DNA of 64,000 nucleotides from Peptococcaceae bacterium UBA5755 (GCA_002419005.1 DIFF01000012.1:147455-211454), one strand, 5' to 3'; positions 47,340-58,152 are shown, counted from the first letter of the stretch. Numbers and translations: made by a program. The notes: generated from the letters alone by a model not told the origin.

Positions 47340-48297
47340 TATCTATCGCCTCCTTTGGTTTTTCTTCTTCTTTCACTTCTTCTACCTTAGCTTTTGCTTT
47401 TTTTATGGGTTTTTCTTCTTCCGGGGGCCGCTTAAAGGCTTCTTTTATTCTGGCAACAGCCGGAGTAAAGTGTTTTTCCATGCCAAGTTCCTTAGGATCA
47501 GCACCCATAGCCATGCCCAAAAGCTCGGTAAAGTAATAAACGGGTATATCAAATTCTTTTTTAGCTTTATTAAATTCAAATTCCCGCATATCCAGGTTCA
47601 TCATGCACAAGGGGCAAGCAGTAACAATAGCTTCTGCTCCGTTGGCCTTAGCATTTCTTAAAATGTTATAGATGAGCGGACGGGCAACTTTAGGCGCATC
47701 CACCTGATGGCTTGCCCCACAGCATTCAGTTTTGAAAGCCCAGTTTACGGGTTTTGCACCAATTAGAGTCATTAAATTATCCATAGACTGAGGGTTTTCA
47801 TTATCATCAAACTGAGTAACTCCTGCCGGACGAACCAAAAGGCAGCCATAATAACTTGCTACTTTCAGACCATTTAAAGATTTAACAATTTTTTCTTTAA
47901 CGGCAGCCTGAGCATCTTCTCTGGCGAAAGCTTCTAAAAGGCAGATGGCATCATTTTTGGCTTCATAAGGCATTTCGATTATTTCTTCAATTTTTTGCCT
48001 TTCTTTTTCAGAGCTTCTGGCAGCCTGAATGGCATATTTCATTCTGGAATAGCAAGCAGCACAAGGTATTGCAATTTCCAGGCCCAGACCTTGTTTTTCT
48101 ACCAAAGCCAAATTGCGGGCCGGCAAAGCAAGTGCCAGGTCATGGTTCATGGAATGGGCCGCAGTGGCACCGCAACAGTTCCAATCAGGAATCTCATGAA
48201 GTTCCATACCAATTTTTTTAGCCACATATCGAGTAGAAAGCCCGTACTCAAGGCCTGTGCTGCTTAAAGAACAACCAGGGTAATATGAGTATTTCAC
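47332..48297 (-). CDS. hdrB: Heterodisulfide reductase subunit B-like (two CCG domains)
   Basis: 321 aa with YYPGCSL...DWNCCGA and YYGC...CCGA CCG motifs, and a Lys/Glu-rich C-terminal tail. The GTG start overlaps the hdrC stop (GTGA). Confidence 0.9.
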   Translation of the reverse strand: MKYSYYPGCSLSSTGLEYGLSTRYVAKKIGMELHEIPDWNCCGATAAHSMNHDLALALPARNLALVEKQGLGLEIAIPCAACYSRMKYAIQAARSSEKERQKIEEIIEMPYEAKNDAICLLEAFAREDAQAAVKEKIVKSLNGLKVASYYGCLLVRPAGVTQFDDNENPQSMDNLMTLIGAKPVNWAFKTECCGASHQVDAPKVARPLIYNILRNAKANGAEAIVTACPLCMMNLDMREFEFNKAKKEFDIPVYYFTELLGMAMGADPKELGMEKHFTPAVARIKEAFKRPPEEEKPIKKAKAKVEEVKEEEKPKEAIDNE

Positions 48298-48863
48298 TTG
48301 CTTTCACCTCTCTTTAAAGAATTTTTAATCAATCTGCGCACGGCTTCTTTGTCTTTTACAGTGTGTGGACGCAAACCAACTTTGCCGCTTTTCAGCATCG
48401 GGGCACCGGCCCAAGCGTCTTGCATCAAATGACCAGATTTCATATTGTACATACCGGTAAGCATAAGATCATGCAACTTGCCATTTTTTTTAACGCTGTC
48501 AATAAAGACATTTGTAAAGACATCTACCTCTTTAACAGGCACAATACCTTGACGTTTTGCCTCTTGACGAACAGCCTCCATAAGAGAGGGGATATCTACG
48601 TTGTGGGGACACCGGGCAACGCAAGTGTGGCAGCTAGCACAAATCCAGGGCGAATTACTCTTTAAAACATCATCCCACAGGCCAAGCTGAAGATACCTGA
48701 CTACTTCTCGGGGTTTCAGATCCATCCCAGCAGCCATGGAACAACCGGCAGAGCATTTACCACATTGATAACATTCTTTAAGGTCAACCCCTGATTTAGC
48801 TTGAATAGCATCAATATTGGCTTTGTTTTTAGCTATTGCCTCTGTCAAGTTCCTTTCTACCAT
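48294..48863 (-). CDS. hdrC: Heterodisulfide reductase subunit C-like (4Fe-4S dicluster)
   Basis: 189 aa with CYQCGKCSAGC and CASCHTCVARCP. Confidence 0.9.
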   Translation of the reverse strand: MVERNLTEAIAKNKANIDAIQAKSGVDLKECYQCGKCSAGCSMAAGMDLKPREVVRYLQLGLWDDVLKSNSPWICASCHTCVARCPHNVDIPSLMEAVRQEAKRQGIVPVKEVDVFTNVFIDSVKKNGKLHDLMLTGMYNMKSGHLMQDAWAGAPMLKSGKVGLRPHTVKDKEAVRRLIKNSLKRGESK

Positions 48864-49345
48864 TTGTTTTTCAACCTCCTATTTCAAAAAAGTAATGAAA
48901 AGCATAAATTATATTTAAAATTAAAAATCTTTTTTATGCAAAAGTTAAAAAGAAAACAAATAATAGTAAAAATATTCAAAACATAAAAAACCACGTAAAG
49001 TCATAAAAACCTCACGAAAAATGTTTGATAAATATGTTTAATAAATAATGTATTCAAGTATACATATAATAGAATTCGCCAAAAAATACCATTTCCCTAC
49101 TGGGTTGCCTAAATAACTAAAAATTTTTTTACAAAAGCTAAATCAAGCTTTTTTAAAAACAAAAACAAAGATTGTTTATTATGCCGTTTTTATTTTTTAG
49201 CTCAATATAAGTGTACAATAAATCTTTAAATTTTACTAGTAACAATCTATGGTAATCAAAAAATTTAATTACATTTTTACCTAAAAATTTCCAGTCACTA
49301 TGTTGGCAAATTCCGCATAGGAATGTATCAACTATTAAGCAATAG

Positions 49346-49837
49346 ATGGGAGAGGTTTTTTTGCTTATACATACAATAGTACAAGATGAAACTCTTTGGC
49401 AGATCAGCCAAAGATATGGCATAACTTTGGAGGACTTGCTGGAAAACAATTCTCACATCACCAATCCAAATATGATCCCAGTCGGTTTGGCCATCCGCAT
49501 CCCTGCCAATGCTGTGCCGGAACAAAAAACAGAAATGCCGTCAGACCTTAACCAAAAAGCTGCTCCGGAACTAACCCTGGAAAATTTACCTCCTCGGCCA
49601 CTTATTTACATAGTACGAAGCGGCGATACCATGCAAAATTTGGCCAATACCTTCAGGCTGCAGCTGGATGAGTTGATAAGTGCCAACCCGCACATTATTC
49701 AACCGGATTATTTAAAGCCTGGTGACAAACTTTTCATTCCCCGCAACAGACCCGGCTATGCCAGGCCACCACGGCGTCCCTTAACTTGCCCTTATAAAAA
49801 CAACACAGCCGATTGCCCTTGGCTGTCACAAAAATAA
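49346..49837 (+). CDS. Protein with two LysM domains and no signal peptide (SafA-like spore coat candidate)
   Basis: 163 aa with LysM 1 (IHTIVQDETLWQISQRYGITLEDLLENN...IPVGLAIRIP) and LysM 2 (YIVRSGDTMQNLANTFRLQLDELISANP...LKPGDKLFIP). The start may be the TTG at 49361 (GGGAGAGG SD). Confidence 0.8.
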   Translation: MGEVFLLIHTIVQDETLWQISQRYGITLEDLLENNSHITNPNMIPVGLAIRIPANAVPEQKTEMPSDLNQKAAPELTLENLPPRPLIYIVRSGDTMQNLANTFRLQLDELISANPHIIQPDYLKPGDKLFIPRNRPGYARPPRRPLTCPYKNNTADCPWLSQK

Positions 49838-49877
49838 TATTAACAACTACAGCAAAAACGCCAAAAATGAAAGCAAT

Positions 49878-50765
49878 CTACTCTTTATCCTGCAAAAAAC
49901 GAATCATGGCCTCAAGCTCGGGGCTCAAAAATTCATAACGTTCCCGGCAAAAACGGCAAACAACTTCTGACTTCCCTTCCTTTGCCAAAATGTCTTGTAA
50001 CTCTTCCTTCCCCAAGCTCCTTAAAATATCTGCCAAACGCTCCCTATTGCAATTGCAGCAAAAAGAAAGCTCATGACAAGCCAACTGTTGCCAGCCCATA
50101 CCTGCCAACAATTGGCTTACTATGTCTTTTAGACTAAATTTTTGCTCCAACAATTTAGTAATGGGCAACATGTTGGCCAAATTTTTTTCCAACTGAGCAA
50201 TCGATTCATCGCTTGCATTGGGAAGTGGTTGTACAAGCCAACCCCCGGCTGCCCGGACAACCCCAGAAGGCTCAACCAAAACCCCAACCCCCAAGGCTGA
50301 CGGCGTTTGTTCAGAATCAAGCAAATAGCGAACCACATCATCGCCAATCTCGCCCGAAACCAGGGGTACCGTACCCACATAAGGATCTTTAAGCTCCAAA
50401 TCCTTCACTACGCTCAAAAAACCATCGGTGCCAACAGCGCTTCCCACATCCAGCTTGCCAGGTGTTTTACGGGCAATATCCACATGCGGGTTTTCCACAT
50501 AACCTCTGACCTTGCCTAAAGCATTGGCAACCACAACTAATTGGCCAACAGGACCTTTACCATCCACCCGCAAAGTAACAGTATTATCCCCCTTTAAGTT
50601 TAACCCCATAAAAACACCGGCTGTCAAAAGACGGCCCAAAGCAGCAGTGGCAACATGCCAAGCATCGTGCCGGCGTCTTGCCTCTTCCACCAGGCCGGTG
50701 GTATCCGCCACCCAGCAGCGAATGCTGCCGTTAATACTAGTGCCGCGCAAACAAAAATCCTTCAT
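49878..50765 (-). CDS. hslO: Redox-regulated chaperone Hsp33
   Basis: 295 aa with the C-terminal zinc centre CCNCNRE...CRFCRERYEF. Confidence 0.92.
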   Translation of the reverse strand: MKDFCLRGTSINGSIRCWVADTTGLVEEARRRHDAWHVATAALGRLLTAGVFMGLNLKGDNTVTLRVDGKGPVGQLVVVANALGKVRGYVENPHVDIARKTPGKLDVGSAVGTDGFLSVVKDLELKDPYVGTVPLVSGEIGDDVVRYLLDSEQTPSALGVGVLVEPSGVVRAAGGWLVQPLPNASDESIAQLEKNLANMLPITKLLEQKFSLKDIVSQLLAGMGWQQLACHELSFCCNCNRERLADILRSLGKEELQDILAKEGKSEVVCRFCRERYEFLSPELEAMIRFLQDKE

Positions 50766-50794
50766 TACTAAATATAAGCTCCTTCATAAAAAAT

Positions 50795-50818
50795 AAACCC
50801 CGGTTTTAACCGGGATTT
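50795..50818 (-). terminator. Terminator after the DUF1858 gene
   Basis: On the minus strand, aaatcccgg-ttaaa-ccggggttt (one mismatch) is followed by ATTTTTT. Confidence 0.55.
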
Positions 50819-50840
50819 ATAATTAAAATATTTTATCCCT

Positions 50841-51041
50841 TTAAACAGATGCCACTTTATTCAAATCTTCAATCAAAGAGTCCACATCTATTCCATGGGC
50901 AGAAGCACCTTGCTCAATGTTTTCAAACTGAGCAATCGCGCAACCCAAACAACCCATACCATGCTGCATAAAAATACTTGCTGCTTCCGGCCATTGTTGA
51001 ACAACTTCTAAAATGGTCATCTCTTTATTTATCTCTGCCAT
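50841..51041 (-). CDS. DUF1858 / hybrid-cluster-protein-associated redox disulfide protein
   Basis: 66 aa with TILEVVQQWPEAASIFMQHGMGCLGCAIAQFENIEQGASAHGID (CxxC within the DUF1858 pattern). Confidence 0.8.
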   Translation of the reverse strand: MAEINKEMTILEVVQQWPEAASIFMQHGMGCLGCAIAQFENIEQGASAHGIDVDSLIEDLNKVASV

Positions 51042-51185
51042 AACAATACCTCCAAATAAATAGCTGTTTTTAAATTTTTTATACCTAATAATTCTATCAA
51101 ATAGTATAACACATTTGCCATAAATGTAAACCGCAAAACCAAAAAATAGTTTTTATTCCTAATTAGCTTTTTAAAAACAATTAGC

Positions 51186-54100
51186 TTATATCTTTAAAAA
51201 CACATTTTCCTCTCCCCATTTTTCTTTTAAAACATCAATTACAGCAAGTGATACTTGTGCTACAGGATTTTTTTGATAACGCTGCAAATCTTCAAAATAC
51301 AAAACCAAATCCACCCCGCCAGCAAAATCCGCGGCAATTTCTTTTACTTCCTTGGTAAAGCCACTTGTGGGCAACCGAAGATACAGTTTGGCTGTGTTTG
51401 TTGCCGCGTTTTTTTCTTCTTTATCTTTGCCGTTTCGCCCGTTGTTATAGCCATTATTGTTATAACCATTATAGTGTCGGGCATTATCATTGTTGGGGCG
51501 TTTCGGGGCTTCCTGGCCGGCCGGCACATCCAAAAGCTGAACATCATCCATACCATAAACATTTTCTATGATCAACTGCACATTATCACCGTCCAGCTTT
51601 GTCCTGGCTGTCAAAAGCACCACCTGACCATCAGTAATTTGCAGTCTTGCTTCTTCATATGCTTTGGGAAAAGCCACACAGCGAATAGTACTTTCTTTAT
51701 CTTCCAAAACAAAAATTGCCATTGCATCGCCATTTTTGGTCAACCTCTTCTGCACTTGGCCAATTATGCCGACAACTTTTACCGTGGTATTGGGCATTTC
51801 CTCGGCAAGACTAACAACAGAACGAGCGGAAACTTGTTTTATCAGTGTTTCATACTGGTCTAACGGATGCCCACTGATAAAAAACCCAATCATCTCTTTT
51901 TCCATCGCCAAAAGTTCTATGTGGCTCAGTTCTTCCATAACCGGCAAATTAATCTCAACCAAAGGCCCCTCTGCCATACCAAAATCAAACAATGACATCT
52001 GCTGAGAATCTTTTGCTTTGCTGGCTTGGCGGTTTAAGACCAAAACCTCTTCCAAAACCGCCAAAAGCTGCGAACGTTTGGCTCCAAAACAATCCAAAGC
52101 TCCCCCCTTTATCAGGCTTTCCAGCATGCGGCGGTTCAATGTAAGCCGCTCACACAGATTATTCAAGGAAGTAAAAGCACCATTGGCTTCACGGTCGGCA
52201 ATAATTTCCGTCACCGCTTCTCTACCCACATTTTTAATGGCTGCCAAACCAAACCTAATTTGATTACCTGTCACTGTAAAATTATCTTGGCTTTCATTAA
52301 TATCCGGCGGCAAAATAGTTATCCCCATTTGGCGGCACTCTTCCAAATATTTGGGTATCTTATCCATGGTATCCATTATGCTGGTGAGGATAGCAGCCAT
52401 AAATTCCACCGGGTAGTTGGCTCGAAGCCAAGCCGTTTGATAAGTGATGATGGCATAAGCAGCTGAGTGGCTCTTATTGAAACCATAGCCGGCAAATTTA
52501 TACATCAGATCAAAAATATCATTGGCCAGTTTAGGCTGCACATTTTTTCGCTTTGCTCCGGCCAAAAAATTTTCTCGTTGTTTTTCCAGCACCCCGGCCT
52601 TTTTTTTGCCCATAGCCCGCCGCAGTTCGTCTGATTCTCCCATGGAAAACCCTGCCATGGTACTTGCGGTTTGCATTACCTGCTCCTGGTAAACCATGAC
52701 CCCATAAGTTTCCGCTAAAATTGGTTCCAACATGGGGTGCAAATATTCCACTTTGGTTTGGCCATGTTTGCGGCTAATAAAATCTTCCACCATGCCGCCT
52801 TCCAAAGGCCCCGGCCGATAAAGAGCCACCATGGCCACAATATCCTCAATACGTTCCGGCTTTAGGCCACGCAAATATTTTCGCATGCCATCACTTTCCA
52901 GCTGAAAAACACCGATCGTTTCACCTGCTCCCAGCATAGCAAATGTTTTGGCATCATCCAAAGATATCTTGTCAATATCAACATCAAGCCCTTGGCTAAG
53001 TTTAATATTTTTTAGAGCATCACCGATAACAGTAAGAGTACGTAACCCCAAAAGATCCATCTTCAAAAGGCCCTGCTCTTCCACCTGGTCTTTTTCAAAC
53101 TGTGTGGTAACAATCCCCTCGCCCAGTTTTTGCACCGGCATGTAATTTTGAATGGGCTCTTTGGCAATCACTACCCCAGCAGCATGAGTGGATGCATGCC
53201 TGGGTATGCCCTCTAAAGCCAAAGCATAATCCACCAGCCTATGTACCTTTTCATCAGATTCATAAAGCTCACCAAACTCTAGGCTGCTTGCCAAAGCTTC
53301 GGATAAAGTTATGCCTAATGTTTCCGGCACCAGCTTGGCCACCTTGTCCACATCAGCATAGGGCATGCCTAAAACCCGGCCCACATCTTTAATAGCTGCT
53401 TTGGCCTTCATGGTACCAAATGTAATAATCTGCCCCACCTTATCGGCACCGTATTTCCCCACCAGATAATCTATAACTTCGCCCCGGCGAACATAGCAAT
53501 AGTCTGTATCTATATCCGGCATAGAAATGCGTTCCGGATTTAAAAAACGCTCGAAAATCAGACCATAGCGAATCGGATCTATGTTGGTTATCCCCAAAGT
53601 GTAGGCCACCAGGCTGCCGGCTGCCGAGCCGCGCCCCGGCCCCACAAAAATGCCCTGGCTGCGGGCATAATTTATCATGTCCCAAGTTATTAAAAAATAG
53701 CCGGGGTAATCCATCTTTTTTATCACATCAAGCTCATACTCTAGGCGCTCTTTTAGCTCCGGCGTCACAGAATCATACCGTTCCTGCAATCCTTTGTGGC
53801 AAAGCTCCGCCAAATATGTAAAAAGCGTGTGCCCTTCTGGCACCCGATAATTTGGCAGATATAGATTGCCCAAATCAAAATTCATGTTACAGCGCTCAGC
53901 GATTACCAAAGTATTTTCCAAAGCTTCGGGATACTCACCCAGTGCTAATTCCATCTCTTGTTTGCTTTTTAAGTAAAACTCATTAGTAGAAAAACTCATA
54001 CGGTTAGGGTCATCTTTGGTTTTCCCAGTCTGCACACAAAGCAAAATGTCATGAGCATCGCTATCTTCTTTTTTAACATAATGTAGGTCATTGGTGGCTA

Positions 54101-54713
54101 CCACCGCTGCACCAAGCTCTTTTGCTAGTTTGTAAAGCAAGGGGTTGGTTCGCATTTGTTCATCCAACCCGTGGTTCTGTAATTCTATGTAGTAATTTTC
54201 TTTGCCAAAAATATCCTGATACTCCAAAATAGTTTTTTTGGCTGTCGTTTCATCACCAGCCAAAAGCTGCTGCAAAACCTCTCCGGCCAAGCAAGCAGAA
54301 AGACAGATAAGACCTTTGCTATATTGCCGTAAAAGTTCTTTATCAACCCGGGGTCTATAATAAAAACCTTCTAAATAAGCTTGAGAAATGAGCTTACACA
54401 GGTTAGCATAACCTTCATTGTTTTCCACTAAAAGTAAAAGATGATAAGATGCGTCATCTAACCTGGGCTGCTTATCAAAGCGGGTACGTTGAGCCACATA
54501 AACCTCGCAACCAATGATGGGCTTGATACCCTCTTTTTGACATGCCTTATAAAAAGTGAGCACCCCATACATTACACCATGGTCAGAAATGGCTAAAGCT
54601 GGCATGTCCAGCTCTTTGGCTCTCTGAACCAAATCTTTGATGCGGGCAGCTCCATCCAAAAGACTATATTCTGTGTGATTATGCAAATGCACAAAGCCAC
54701 AGCCTCTATCCAC
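51186..54713 (-). CDS. dnaE: DNA polymerase III alpha subunit (DnaE type) with a C-terminal extension
   Basis: 1175 aa with a PHP domain (FVHLHNHTEYSLLDGA), a palm (PDIDTDY), fingers, an OB fold, then an N/G/Y-rich linker and an extra domain of about 70 aa. Confidence 0.95.
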   Translation of the reverse strand: MDRGCGFVHLHNHTEYSLLDGAARIKDLVQRAKELDMPALAISDHGVMYGVLTFYKACQKEGIKPIIGCEVYVAQRTRFDKQPRLDDASYHLLLLVENNEGYANLCKLISQAYLEGFYYRPRVDKELLRQYSKGLICLSACLAGEVLQQLLAGDETTAKKTILEYQDIFGKENYYIELQNHGLDEQMRTNPLLYKLAKELGAAVVATNDLHYVKKEDSDAHDILLCVQTGKTKDDPNRMSFSTNEFYLKSKQEMELALGEYPEALENTLVIAERCNMNFDLGNLYLPNYRVPEGHTLFTYLAELCHKGLQERYDSVTPELKERLEYELDVIKKMDYPGYFLITWDMINYARSQGIFVGPGRGSAAGSLVAYTLGITNIDPIRYGLIFERFLNPERISMPDIDTDYCYVRRGEVIDYLVGKYGADKVGQIITFGTMKAKAAIKDVGRVLGMPYADVDKVAKLVPETLGITLSEALASSLEFGELYESDEKVHRLVDYALALEGIPRHASTHAAGVVIAKEPIQNYMPVQKLGEGIVTTQFEKDQVEEQGLLKMDLLGLRTLTVIGDALKNIKLSQGLDVDIDKISLDDAKTFAMLGAGETIGVFQLESDGMRKYLRGLKPERIEDIVAMVALYRPGPLEGGMVEDFISRKHGQTKVEYLHPMLEPILAETYGVMVYQEQVMQTASTMAGFSMGESDELRRAMGKKKAGVLEKQRENFLAGAKRKNVQPKLANDIFDLMYKFAGYGFNKSHSAAYAIITYQTAWLRANYPVEFMAAILTSIMDTMDKIPKYLEECRQMGITILPPDINESQDNFTVTGNQIRFGLAAIKNVGREAVTEIIADREANGAFTSLNNLCERLTLNRRMLESLIKGGALDCFGAKRSQLLAVLEEVLVLNRQASKAKDSQQMSLFDFGMAEGPLVEINLPVMEELSHIELLAMEKEMIGFFISGHPLDQYETLIKQVSARSVVSLAEEMPNTTVKVVGIIGQVQKRLTKNGDAMAIFVLEDKESTIRCVAFPKAYEEARLQITDGQVVLLTARTKLDGDNVQLIIENVYGMDDVQLLDVPAGQEAPKRPNNDNARHYNGYNNNGYNNGRNGKDKEEKNAATNTAKLYLRLPTSGFTKEVKEIAADFAGGVDLVLYFEDLQRYQKNPVAQVSLAVIDVLKEKWGEENVFLKI

Positions 54714-54759
54714 TATTTTTATCCCCCTTGTTAAACGGTTCTACTAATTTTTGTTATGT

Positions 54760-55479
54760 TTATTTTGTTTCTTTTGTTTCTTTGCCACTTTGCAAAAGAC
54801 CCCGCTCCAAAAAGCTCATGTAACTATCACCGGCAATGATAATATGATCCAAAACCGGTACCATAATAGTATCCAGTGCTTTAATGATCCCTTTTGTCAA
54901 ATCGATATCTGAGGCAGTGGGACGCAAAGTACCGCCAGGATGATTGTGGGTCAAAACTACACTGCGGGCTTTGTGACGAAGGGCCGATTTTACTACCAAA
55001 GAAGGATACACCACAACTTCGCCCAAAGCACCGTCACCAATCATCTCCACATAGTTTACTTGGTTTCTGGCATTAAGAGAAATTAAAAAGAAAGCCTCTT
55101 TGATACGGCCTTTAAAAATGCTTCTGGCATATTCCGCCATAATGGCGGTGTTATCCAAAACGGGGCGATACCGCCACATATTCATCTCATAAAACCTGGA
55201 TATTTGAGGAATTGAAGTGATTAAAGAAGCAGTATTGGGACCAACCCCCTTACATTCCAGCAAATCCTCGTAATCTGCCTCAAAAACATTGGCTAAAGAC
55301 CCATATTTTTGAATCAGTTCATGGGCCAACTCATTAGTGTCTTTTTGGGGCACACCATAAAATAACAAGAGCTCTAATACTTCATGCTCGGCAAAGCTAT
55401 CCAAACCCTCTGTAAGAAAACGTTTTTTTATTCTCTGTCTGTGCTTTTCATGCAACTTGCCTTCTTTAGAACATGTCAT
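54760..55479 (-). CDS. radC: RadC-family JAB/MPN-domain protein
   Basis: 239 aa with an HhH region (ELLELLLFYG...) and the JAMM motif (LTHNHPGG...PSxxD: HNHPGGTLRPTASD). Confidence 0.9.
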   Translation of the reverse strand: MTCSKEGKLHEKHRQRIKKRFLTEGLDSFAEHEVLELLLFYGVPQKDTNELAHELIQKYGSLANVFEADYEDLLECKGVGPNTASLITSIPQISRFYEMNMWRYRPVLDNTAIMAEYARSIFKGRIKEAFFLISLNARNQVNYVEMIGDGALGEVVVYPSLVVKSALRHKARSVVLTHNHPGGTLRPTASDIDLTKGIIKALDTIMVPVLDHIIIAGDSYMSFLERGLLQSGKETKETK

Positions 55480-55517
55480 ATCTTTTTACTCCCTATTTTA
55501 TTTCAGTTTTTCAGCAT

Positions 55518-56480
55518 CTATTTACTGTTCTCTTCTTCAATAACAATAGGTTCTTGGCTAAAATATTTTTTTATCACCTCCGTCTTTGCTTCCTCATTCA
55601 CAATCCAATAGCTAAGGCCCTCTATATTGGCAAAATTTCCCGGCAAAACATTGGTAAAAACATCCTTATCAAAATTGATATCATGAAACTTCATAGCCAG
55701 CATAGTCAATTTGGTGTTAGAAAGATCGGTAACCATCATTTCCGAGATACTTTCTGTAAGCTCCGGTATTTTGGTAATGGAATTCACTTGCATTACCTCG
55801 GCAAATACTGCTTTTAAAAATTCTTGTTGTCTTTGGACCCGGGAAACGTCACCCAAAGCCTCGTGGCGAAAACGAACAAAGGCCAGAGCCTGCTCGCCAT
55901 TTAATACCTGCAAACCAGGCTGCAGATCAATAAGACCATCATATGTTCTGTAATACATACGTTTATCTACATCGATCTCCACGCCGCCCAAAATATCAAT
56001 AATATCCTTAAACCCTTCAAAATCCACAATCACATAATAATCTATGGGCACTAAAAGCAAGTTTTCCACGGTCTGCTTCAACAAATCAATCCCGCCATAA
56101 TTATAGGAGTGGTTGATTTTTTCTTTATTCTTATAACCTTCAATATCCACCCGCGTATCACGGGGAATAGAAAGCAAGCTAACCGTTTCATGCTTCAGGT
56201 CGAGCGAGGCTAAGATAATTGTATCAGAGCGGGCATCGCCTTCACTACCGTCAGAATCTACTGAATCAGCTCCGACCAGCAAAATATTCACCCGGCTTGT
56301 TCCGGCAACAAATTCACCACCATACTGCGAACGGTCGGGTACCAAAATAGCTTTGTAAAGCAAAAAATACCCCGCCACAAGCAAAATAACAAGGATAATT
56401 AACCCCTTTAAAAAGCCCCTGCCTTTTTTTTTGCCTTTTTTTGTTTTTTTCTTCTCTTTTTTTTCTTCTAGTTTAGTCAT
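55518..56480 (-). CDS. LytR-CpsA-Psr (LCP) family cell-wall polymer transferase
   Basis: 320 aa with a Lys-rich N-terminus and a TM segment, then VNILLVGADS...RSDTIILASL...LSIPRDT. Confidence 0.88.
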   Translation of the reverse strand: MTKLEEKKEKKKTKKGKKKGRGFLKGLIILVILLVAGYFLLYKAILVPDRSQYGGEFVAGTSRVNILLVGADSVDSDGSEGDARSDTIILASLDLKHETVSLLSIPRDTRVDIEGYKNKEKINHSYNYGGIDLLKQTVENLLLVPIDYYVIVDFEGFKDIIDILGGVEIDVDKRMYYRTYDGLIDLQPGLQVLNGEQALAFVRFRHEALGDVSRVQRQQEFLKAVFAEVMQVNSITKIPELTESISEMMVTDLSNTKLTMLAMKFHDINFDKDVFTNVLPGNFANIEGLSYWIVNEEAKTEVIKKYFSQEPIVIEEENSK

Positions 56481-56591
56481 TTTTAATAAGCCTCTTTTAA
56501 TAAATACTAATAATAAATACTAAATAAAAACTCCCTGCCCTATATTTATTTTATACATAAAGACAAGAAGGTTTTATTCTCATTTTTCAAA

Positions 56592-58055
<1,464 letters not shown>

Positions 58056-58089
58056 TTACACCCCCACATTTGTTTTCAGATTTTTAAGT

Positions 58090-58132
58090 ATTATAACATG
58101 GCATTGTAGCACAAAGCTACAACTCTTTGCAA
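58090..58132 (-). promoter_or_regulatory. Candidate guaB promoter(s)
   Basis: Minus strand: TTGCAA (58132..58127), 18 nt, TACAAT (58108..58103); and an overlapping extended -10, TGtTATAAT (58098..58090). Confidence 0.35.
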
Positions 58133-58152
58133 TATTTAGTTGTTGTAAACCC

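Noticed and set aside
48945-49004. The 19-codon minus-strand mini-ORF (MTLRGFLCFEYFYYYLFSF) with a GTGAGG-N5-ATG context upstream of hdrC, considered as a feature call.
   Set aside because: Short ORFs with partial SD matches arise easily in AT-rich DNA, and I cannot assess conservation. It is mentioned only within the intergenic-region finding.
56490-56530. The near-tandem repeat aataaatacta ... aataaatacta between guaB and the LCP gene.
   Set aside because: It has only two short AT-rich copies in a low-complexity spacer, with no array structure and no CRISPR-like spacing.
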